A DNA stretch of 64,000 bases, taken from contig JAURMM010000021.1 in the NCBI GenBank assembly GCA_030830685.1, positions 2,462 through 66,461 of the forward strand, written 5' to 3'. The stretch comes from Gammaproteobacteria bacterium (GTDB lineage: Bacteria > Pseudomonadota > Gammaproteobacteria > Ga0077536). Below are positions 57,139 to 64,000 of this stretch, in pieces; the first letter of the stretch is position 1; each line of letters opens with the position of its first letter. The notes under the pieces are model-generated. The model did not search any database. It had not been told where the DNA came from and was given only the letters and a program-made list of their open reading frames with translations. Made by a program: the position numbers and the translations under genes.

Positions 57139-57911
57139 ACAGCGTTGCGCTCGCCTTTGATGAACAGGGTTCAGGTCCGCCACTGATCATCCTGCACGGG
57201 CTTTTCGGAAGCGCGCGCAACTGGCAGAGCCATGCACGCGCATTGGCGGACAGTTATCGTGTCATCAGTGTGGACCAGCGTAATCATGGCAGGTCACCGC
57301 ACACCGGAATGCATGGTTATACTGAGATGGCCGAGGATCTGGCGCGTCTCATCGGGCAACTTGGCCTGCGTGAGGTGACACTGCTGGGACACAGCATGGG
57401 CGGGAAAACAGCCATGACCCTGGCTTTGCAAGGCACCGTGGACATCGCACAGCTGGTGCTGGTGGATATCGGCCCCACGGCCTATACCGATCAGCACACG
57501 CCGATCATAGAGGCCATGCTTGCAATGCCCTTGGCAGACATTTCACGGCGCCAGCAGGCGGATGAATGCCTCGCCCACACGGTCAATGACGATACACTGC
57601 GGCAGTTTCTCTTGCAGAATCTTCAGGTGGGCACCGACGGTTCTGCATGGCGGATCAACCTTCCCGGTCTGCTGGCTTCGATGCCCGCGCTGACGGGCAC
57701 ACTACCCGTGCCCAGGGAAGCACTGTTCAACGGCCCGACTCACGTGATCCGTGGCAGCCTGTCCGATCGCGTGACCGAGGCCTGTCTGCCGACGTTCAGG
57801 GCCCTTTTTCCACGGCTCGAAGTCCATACCGTCGAGGGTGCTGGTCACTGGCCTCATGCCGAAGCACCCGGTGCGTTCAGGAGCTGCCTGGAGCGCGTAT
57901 TGTTGGCATGA
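57135..57911 (+). CDS. Alpha/beta-fold hydrolase (YbfF-like esterase)
   Basis: The sequence PPLIILHGLFGSARNW ... LLGHSMGG contains the nucleophile elbow, followed by GAGHWPHAE. It has an ATGA overlap with the NUDIX gene. Confidence 0.8.
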   Translation: MNSVALAFDEQGSGPPLIILHGLFGSARNWQSHARALADSYRVISVDQRNHGRSPHTGMHGYTEMAEDLARLIGQLGLREVTLLGHSMGGKTAMTLALQGTVDIAQLVLVDIGPTAYTDQHTPIIEAMLAMPLADISRRQQADECLAHTVNDDTLRQFLLQNLQVGTDGSAWRINLPGLLASMPALTGTLPVPREALFNGPTHVIRGSLSDRVTEACLPTFRALFPRLEVHTVEGAGHWPHAEAPGAFRSCLERVLLA

Positions 57912-59177
57912 AACGCACGCGGCCAGGCAAAGGCCCTGGTCAGTTCGCGTGGTTCTGCTTGATTGGAGCGCTCTGCAGCGGGTGTGGACAAGCGCCATCG
58001 GTCATCGAGTCTCCCACTTCTGGTGGTGTTCAAGGCGAAGTCATCCAGGTCAGACATCTCGGCAATTCAGGGCCGGGCACGCTGCGGGCTGCGCTCGCGG
58101 CGCCCTCACCCAGACTCATGATCTTTGAGGTTGGCGGTGTGATCGATCTGAGGGACGAGGATCTCGAGATCAAGACCCCACATCTCACAGTGGCCGGTGA
58201 GACCGCCCCTGAACCCGGCATCACACTTATCCGGGGCGGCATTCGGGTACGCAGTCATGAAGTCGAAATCACTCACCTCAGGATTCGCCCCGGCGATGTG
58301 GGTCCTGGTGGCAATGGTATCTGGATGCCGGATGGAATCTCCGTGGAAGGTCCCGCGGGTCACCATGTGCGGGTAGGTCATTGCTCACTGACCTGGGCCG
58401 TGGACGAAAACCGCAGCGCCACCGGTCCGGAAACCGGACCAACGGCGCATGATGTCCTGTTCCATGACAACCTCATCGCAGAGGGGCTGAGGGCCTCCAC
58501 GCACCCCAAAGGCCAGCAATCGATGGGCAGCCTCATTCATGATCACGTGGCAAAGGTGGTGCTGGCACGCAATCTTTTCGCGCACAACAGTGGGTGCAAT
58601 CCTCGCTTCAAGCAGGATGTAACTGGTCTGGCCCTCAACAACGTCGTTCACAATCCGGGAGCAGAGGCGATCTCAGTCGGTTCGCCACAGGCAACGGGGG
58701 ATGCCGACACTGTGGCAGAGCCTGCCAGCGTCGCCGTCATCGGCAATGTTCTCACTCCCGGTCCGGATTCTCCGCCAAAGCTTGTGCTGGTTAAAGGCTC
58801 GGGGCATCTCCATCTCGACGGCAATCTCCACCAGCGAGGGGATGGTACTCGCGGACGTATCCGGGAGGGCAGCTTCAAGCGTGCGGGCGACGCGGACATT
58901 TCGACACCTGTTTTTTTTGCGCCTCAGCGCTGAGGCGGCGCACGAGTACGTATTGCGCGAGGCGGACGCGCGACCGTGGCGGCGGGATTCAATCGATCAA
59001 CGGATCGTTGATTCGGTGGCAACACGTGCGGGGCTCATCATCGACAGCCAAGATGAAGTCGGGGGCTATACACTCATCGCGTCCACCCGGAGGTCGCTTG
59101 AAGTGCCCCCTGGTGGACGACGCGAGTGGCTTGCCGCGCTGGTGCCGGAAAAATACCGGCAGACCGTGCAGCCATGA
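57908..59177 (+). pseudogene. Pectate-lyase-like right-handed beta-helix lipoprotein, interrupted by a frameshift at a T8 run
   Basis: It has a lipobox (LIGALCSGC) followed by VRHLGNSGPGTLRAALAAPSPRLMIFEVGGVIDL. The reading frame ends at 58933, just after TTTTTTTT (58911-58918). The homologous C-terminus (AHEYVLREADARPWRRDSIDQRIVDSVATRAGLIIDSQDEVGGY) continues in the +1 frame to 59177. Removing one T joins the two parts. Confidence 0.65.
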
Positions 59178-59827
59178 ATGCCCCCTCAGGTAGTGCAGGC
59201 TTGCAAGCGCTGGTCCCATGGATCGTCATCGTAGCCTTCCTGTTTTCCATGGTCTGGCTACAGATTCGACCGGATCCGTTCAGCTTTGGAACTGATGAGG
59301 GCTTCAACCTGATGAAGACCTTCCTGATGGCACGGGCGAGCGGCTGTTCGTTGATATCTGGAGCGACCAGTCCCCGTTTTTGCCTGGCTGCTGCGCGGGA
59401 CATTTGCCATCCTGGGCGCCTCGGTAACCATCGTTCGCCTCACAACTTTGCTGTGCGCCGGACTGCTGCTGCTCGCGGCGCGCGATCGTTCACCGGCCAG
59501 CACTGGAAATGGGAGATGCTGGCGGTGCTTCACGCGCGGACCACTCAGAGCACAACGATGATCACCGATGATCCGCTCATCGCATTCCGGGCCGGCATTC
59601 CCGTGGACCCGCACCTCGCCGTGTTCGCCACCAAGCGCCGGCTGAGCGGGTTGTTGAGTGAATCCACAGTGGAAGAACGCCTGCGCGCCACCCGGGCAGA
59701 CTTCGTCCTCTTTAGCGGTCAAACCTTGCAAGGCCTGCCCGGTCTTACGGAGGTCCTTGCCCAGCACTACCTTCCTCTGCGCCAGGCAGGCAGACTGCAG
59801 CTCCATGAACGGATCCCCATTCCCTGA
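59174..59827 (+). pseudogene. Remnant of an ArnT/PMT-like (GT-C fold) glycosyltransferase
   Basis: The N-terminal TM segment plus TDEGFNLMKTFLMAR is in frame. The expected continuation GERLFVDIWSDQSPFL / PWLLRGTFAILGASVTIVRLTTLLCAGLLLL appears only in the other two frames. The C-terminal ITDDPLIAFRAGIPV is back in frame. Most of the roughly 500-aa membrane core I would expect is absent. Confidence 0.45.
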
Positions 59828-59854
59828 GTCCGGCAGAGCCGGCCATTCCGCCTC

Positions 59855-60241
59855 ATGCCTGTTTTTGTAGTCAGGCTGGGTAGCCCGCGCCTGCCCGGTG
59901 AAGGCTTGCGGATCGGCACCGTCCGCTTCCCCCCACGCGGGGTGGCCAAGGAGGCGCGTGCGAGCGGCGACTGGTTTGATGTGTGGTACCCCAATCTCGC
60001 GCCCTCGGCGACCACCCTGCGCGAGTTCCGGCAAGCCACAGAGCACACCGCCTGGCCCCGATTCGCGCGGCGTTATCGCCGCGAGATGCAGACCCCCGAA
60101 AACCGTCGGACCTTGGCGCTGCTGGCGGCGCTGTCCCAGCACTCGACCTTTTCGGTAGGGTGCTACTGCGCAGATGAGGCGCATTGCCACCGAACGCTCC
60201 TTCGAGAGTTGTTGCAGGAGGCCGGAGCAGCACTGGGCTGA
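59855..60241 (+). CDS. DUF488 family protein
   Basis: 128 aa. It carries WYPNLAPS ... FRRRYRREM ... VGCYCADEAHCHRTLLRELL, which includes the DUF488 C-terminal CxC..CHR motif. Confidence 0.75.
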   Translation: MPVFVVRLGSPRLPGEGLRIGTVRFPPRGVAKEARASGDWFDVWYPNLAPSATTLREFRQATEHTAWPRFARRYRREMQTPENRRTLALLAALSQHSTFSVGCYCADEAHCHRTLLRELLQEAGAALG

Positions 60242-60333
60242 GCGACCCGGCGCAGGGACGGCGGCTGGACGGTTGAGGGGACCCGCGGGCACAATGCGCG
60301 CTCTCCGCAATTCCCCTTGAAAGCGCGACTCCC

Positions 60334-61548
60334 ATGTCCAAGAACTCCGTCAAGAAAGTCGTCCTCGCCTATTCCGGCGGCCTCGATACCTCTGTCATCC
60401 TTAAATGGCTGGAGGAAAGCTACGGCTGCGAAATCGTGACCTTCACGGCCGACGTGGGTCAGGGTGAAGAACTGGAACCCGCGCGCCGCAAGGCAGAATT
60501 GATGGGAGTGAAGGAAATCTTCATCGATGATCTGCGCGAAGAGTTCGTGCGGGACTTCGTGTTTCCCATGTTCCGCGCCAACACGATCTATGAAGGTGAG
60601 TACCTGCTGGGCACTTCTATTGCCCGACCCCTGATCGCCAAACGCCTGGTTGAAATTGCCCGAATGACGGGCGCAGACGCCATCTCCCATGGCGCAACCG
60701 GCAAAGGGAATGATCAGGTCCGGTTCGAGCTCGGTGCGTATGCCTTGCAGCCAGACATCCGGGTCATCGCCCCATGGCGTGAATGGAATCTGACTTCGCG
60801 TGAGACGCTGCTCGCCTACGCCAGGCAGCACGATATTCCGATTGAGTACCAGTCCGGCACCAAGTCGCCCTACTCCATGGACGCCAATCTGCTGCACATC
60901 TCCTATGAGGGCGGTGTGCTCGAAGACCCGTGGACCCCGGCCGAAGAAAACATGTGGCGCTGGTCAGTCTCACCCGAGGTTGCGCCGGATCAGGCGACCC
61001 AGCTGGATCTGCAATTCGAGCAGGGAGATCTCGTGGCCATCGATGGCAAGCGCATGTCACCTGCGGCACTGCTCACCGAGCTGAACCGCATCGGGGGTGC
61101 CAACGGTATTGGCCGGCTGGATCTGGTGGAAAACCGCTATGTGGGCATGAAGTCACGTGGCTGCTACGAAACCCCGGGCGGCACCATCCTGCTGCGCGCG
61201 CATCGCGCCATCGAGTCCATCACCCTCGATCGCGAGGTCGCGCACCTCAAGGATGAGCTGATGCCCCGTTACGCCTCGCTGATCTACAACGGATACTGGT
61301 GGAGCCCCGAGCGCCTGATGCTACAAGAGATGATTGATGCCTCCCAGAAGCGGGTGAATGGCATGGTGCGGGTGAAACTCTACAAGGGTAACGTGATCGT
61401 GGTCGGGCGCCAGTCCGACACGGACAGCCTCTTCAGCACCCGTCTCGCCACGTTTGAGGATGATGCGGGGAGTTACGATCAGGCAGATGCCGCAGGTTTC
61501 ATTCGCCTCAATGCCCTGCGCATGCGGGTAGCGGCGCGCCGCAGCTAG
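60334..61548 (+). CDS. argG: Argininosuccinate synthase
   Basis: The sequence [15 protein letters not shown] ... [16 protein letters not shown] ... is the type I ArgG signature. Confidence 0.95.
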   Translation: MSKNSVKKVVLAYSGGLDTSVILKWLEESYGCEIVTFTADVGQGEELEPARRKAELMGVKEIFIDDLREEFVRDFVFPMFRANTIYEGEYLLGTSIARPLIAKRLVEIARMTGADAISHGATGKGNDQVRFELGAYALQPDIRVIAPWREWNLTSRETLLAYARQHDIPIEYQSGTKSPYSMDANLLHISYEGGVLEDPWTPAEENMWRWSVSPEVAPDQATQLDLQFEQGDLVAIDGKRMSPAALLTELNRIGGANGIGRLDLVENRYVGMKSRGCYETPGGTILLRAHRAIESITLDREVAHLKDELMPRYASLIYNGYWWSPERLMLQEMIDASQKRVNGMVRVKLYKGNVIVVGRQSDTDSLFSTRLATFEDDAGSYDQADAAGFIRLNALRMRVAARRS

Positions 61549-61554
61549 CGTGGC

Positions 61555-61586
61555 GGGTGGGCATGGCGGACCACGCCATCCCGCCC
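61555..61586. terminator. GC-rich hairpin between convergent argG and lysS
   Basis: GGGTGGG(c)ATGGCG-gacca-CGCCAT-CCCGCCC forms a 13-bp stem with one bulge and one G-U pair. There is no U-run on either strand. Confidence 0.35.
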
Positions 61587-61597
61587 TGATCCTGCTG

Positions 61598-63097
61598 TCA
61601 GGCTCTCGGCCTCAGGTGGGGAAACAGCAGAACGTCGCGAATGGTCGGGCTGTCCGTCAGCAACATGACGAGACGATCGATCCCGATTCCCTCGCCCGCC
61701 GTCGGCGGCAGTCCGTATTCCAAAGCGGTGATGTAGTCTGCGTCGTAGTGCATGGCTTCCTGATCTCCGCCCGCCTTGGCCGCAGCCTGAGCGTGAAAGC
61801 GCTCGGCCTGGTCTTCGGGGTCATTCAGCTCGGAGAAGCCATTGGCAATCTCGCGCCCGGCAACGATCAGTTCGAAGCGATCCGTGACTTCCGGATCATG
61901 GTCACTGCGCCGCGCGAGCGGTGAGACTTCCGCCGGATATTCCATGATGAAAGTCGGCGCGATCAGGCGTGATTCCACGGTCTTTTCGAAAATCTCGGTC
62001 TGGATGCGCCCGAGACCCATGCCCGGGTCGAGTGCAATTTCCAGTCGGGTAGCAATTTCCCGCACCGTCTCCAGATTCTCCAGCTCGTGCCGGGCAATAC
62101 CCGGATTGAGCGCCAGGATGGATTCCTTCATCGTCATGCGCGCAAAGGGTGCGCCAAAGTCCAGACGATGGCCCTGGTACTCGACTTCGGTACGGCCCAG
62201 CACCCGCTCGCACAATTCGCGCAGCATCTGCTCGGTCAGGCTGATGAGGTCGCGATAATCCGCGTAAGCCGCATAGAACTCCAGCATCGTGAATTCAGGA
62301 TTGTGACGCGGCGACAGACCCTCGTTGCGGAAGTTGCGATTGATCTCGAAGACACGTTCCATCCCCCCCACCACCAGGCGCTTTAGATAGAGCTCAGGCG
62401 CAATGCGCAGGTAGAGATCGATGCCGAGTGCATTGTGGTGCGTGATGAAAGGTCTCGCCGTGGCGCCCCCGGGGATCTGCTGCATCATCGGGGTTTCCAC
62501 CTCTAGATAGCCCCGATCACCAAGGAAGCGCCGGATAAAATCGATGGTCTGCGACCGCACCCGAAACACCTTTCGCGTCTCATCATTGGTCATGAGATCG
62601 AGGTAACGCTGGCGGTAACGGACCTCCTGGTCGGTGAGCCCATGGAACTTCTCAGGCATCGGACGCAATGATTTGGTGAGCAAGCGGATGCTCTCCACCT
62701 GGATCGAGAGTTCGCCCGCGTTGGTGCGGAAAACCACGCCCTCGGCGCCAATGATGTCGCCGAGGTCCCAATGCTTGAACGCCGCGTAAGCCTCTTCGCC
62801 GATGACATCCCGCTTGACGTAAAGCTGCAGGGTGCCGGACATGTCCTTCAGGTTGGCAAAAGCAGCCTTGCCCATGACCCGGCGGGTCATCATGCGGCCG
62901 GCCAGCACCACGCGACGACTGGCTGTGACCAAGGCCTCCGCGTCGGTATGCGCATAGGCCTGGTGCAGGTCCCGGGTCAGCGTGTCGCGCCGGAAGTCGT
63001 TTGGATAGGCGTTCCCGGCGGCTCTCAAAGCAGCCAGTTTGCTGCGCCGTTGTTCCAGAATCTGGGCTTCGGTGCTGGAGTCTGACGCATCACTCAT
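61598..63097 (-). CDS. lysS: Lysine--tRNA ligase (class II)
   Basis: 499 aa. It has an OB-fold N-terminal domain and class II motifs (FRNEG ... ; [24 protein letters not shown]). Confidence 0.95.
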   Translation of the reverse strand: MSDASDSSTEAQILEQRRSKLAALRAAGNAYPNDFRRDTLTRDLHQAYAHTDAEALVTASRRVVLAGRMMTRRVMGKAAFANLKDMSGTLQLYVKRDVIGEEAYAAFKHWDLGDIIGAEGVVFRTNAGELSIQVESIRLLTKSLRPMPEKFHGLTDQEVRYRQRYLDLMTNDETRKVFRVRSQTIDFIRRFLGDRGYLEVETPMMQQIPGGATARPFITHHNALGIDLYLRIAPELYLKRLVVGGMERVFEINRNFRNEGLSPRHNPEFTMLEFYAAYADYRDLISLTEQMLRELCERVLGRTEVEYQGHRLDFGAPFARMTMKESILALNPGIARHELENLETVREIATRLEIALDPGMGLGRIQTEIFEKTVESRLIAPTFIMEYPAEVSPLARRSDHDPEVTDRFELIVAGREIANGFSELNDPEDQAERFHAQAAAKAGGDQEAMHYDADYITALEYGLPPTAGEGIGIDRLVMLLTDSPTIRDVLLFPHLRPRA

Positions 63098-63134
63098 GGT
63101 TGGCCTTCATGTTTTCTCGCGCGAGGGGAACGGA

Positions 63135-64000
63135 CTACAGGCCCTGTTTGAGGCTGGCTTCCAGGAACGCATCGAGGCCACCGTCCAGCACTGCCTGTGT
63201 GTTTCCTGTTTCGAGGTTGGTGCGCAAATCCTTGATGCGCGACTGATCGAGCACGTAGGACCGGATCTGGTGTCCCCAGCCGATATCCGACTTGGCGTCC
63301 TCCAGTGCCTGCTTCTCTGCCGTACGCTTCAGCATTTCCTGTTCATACAGTTTTGCGCGCAGCATCTTGAACGCGCGATCGCGATTCTTGTGCTGGGAAC
63401 GTTCGTTCTGACAGGACACCACCACTCCGGTCGGGATGTGTGTGATGCGGATCGCGGAGTCGGTCTTGTTGACGTGCTGGCCACCGGCGCCACTTGCGCG
63501 ATAGGTATCGATGCGCAGATCGGCCGGATTGATGTCTATCTCGATGTCATCGTCGATTTCCGGCGACACGAACACTGCGGCGAATGAGGTATGCCGGCGG
63601 TTTCCGGAATCGAAGGGTGACTTGCGTACCAGACGGTGCACACCGGTCTCAGTACGTAGCCAGCCGAAGGCATAATCGCCGACGACATGCACCGTGGCGC
63701 TCTTGATGCCGGCGACTTCACCGGCGGAGCATTCAATCAGCTCGCACGTGAAACCGCGCGCCTCACCCCAGCGCAGGTACATCCGGAGCAGCATCTCCGC
63801 CCAGTCCTGAGCCTCGGTGCCACCTGAGCCTGCCTGGATATCGAGGAAGGCATTGTTCGGGTCCATCTCCCCACTGAACATGCGCTGGAATTCAAGGGCG
63901 CCCAAGGCACGGTCGGCATCGTCGAGATCTTTCAGGACCGACTGTTCGGCATCCTCGTCGTTTTCCTCTGCCGCCAACTCCAACAGCTCACGCGCATCGG
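63135..64000 (-). CDS. prfB: Peptide chain release factor 2 (5' end outside the window)
   Basis: It carries the SPF tripeptide (KSPFDSG) and the GGQ motif ([11 protein letters not shown]). The reading frame stays open to the window edge. The order prfB-lysS matches E. coli. Confidence 0.9.
   Translation of the reverse strand, partial: DARELLELAAEENDEDAEQSVLKDLDDADRALGALEFQRMFSGEMDPNNAFLDIQAGSGGTEAQDWAEMLLRMYLRWGEARGFTCELIECSAGEVAGIKSATVHVVGDYAFGWLRTETGVHRLVRKSPFDSGNRRHTSFAAVFVSPEIDDDIEIDINPADLRIDTYRASGAGGQHVNKTDSAIRITHIPTGVVVSCQNERSQHKNRDRAFKMLRAKLYEQEMLKRTAEKQALEDAKSDIGWGHQIRSYVLDQSRIKDLRTNLETGNTQAVLDGGLDAFLEASLKQGL

Noticed and set aside
58911-58918. The T8 run, considered as a programmed ribosomal frameshift site.
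   Set aside because: There is no recognisable slippery heptamer with a downstream stimulatory structure, and no family precedent that I know of. Mutation, assembly error, or slipped-strand variation are simpler explanations. It is reported as a frameshifted gene, not as recoding.
63135-64000. A search for the programmed +1 frameshift site of prfB (CUU UGA context).
   Set aside because: The site lies near codon 25-26 of RF2. The 5' end of the gene is beyond the window edge, so it cannot be assessed here.

Overview
This is a GC-rich chromosomal segment from a proteobacterium. Its gene order (tig-clpP-clpX-lon-hupB-tRNA-ppiD, clpS-clpA, aceE-aceF, prfB-lysS) looks Beta/Gammaproteobacteria-like. 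Most of the window is intact housekeeping: proteases and chaperones, ilvD, argA, argG, fabI, gor, ppsA and its regulator, nadC, ampD, lpxD, lpxH, the pyruvate dehydrogenase E1/E2 genes, a YejABEF-like peptide ABC importer, and 7 tRNAs.

The non-routine content lies between tRNA-Leu (about 29.0 kb) and a Pro-Arg-His-Lys tRNA cluster (about 41.3-41.7 kb).
- It holds a stand-alone pucB-pucA-pucC operon for an LH2-type peripheral light-harvesting antenna. pucA is only 49 codons and is missing from the supplied ORF track.
- The PucA C-terminus reads F44-L45 where B800-850 complexes have Y-W or Y-Y. That is the B800-820 (LH3-like) blue-shift signature.
- Two PpsR/CrtJ-type TGT-N12-ACA palindromes, 8 bp apart, sit over sigma70-like promoter hexamers upstream of pucB.
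- A long hairpin lies between pucA and pucC, and a peptide deformylase paralogue overlaps the pucC stop codon (ATGA).
- A lower-GC islet next to the tRNA cluster encodes a 132-aa LOV-like PAS protein that has Pro where the adduct-forming Cys belongs.
- The same segment also carries a response-regulator/cyclase-like protein that is degenerate in both domains, and a protein with 16-aa tandem PLS-LGLKLL repeats just upstream of pucB.
- It also carries a TonB-dependent receptor with a Fur-box-like palindrome, and several decayed genes.

Outside that segment, a pectate-lyase-like lipoprotein gene is broken at a T8 run and is followed by a glycosyltransferase remnant. I saw no CRISPR array, transposase, or recognisable defence system. 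All calls rest on reading the sequence and translations by eye; no searches were run.
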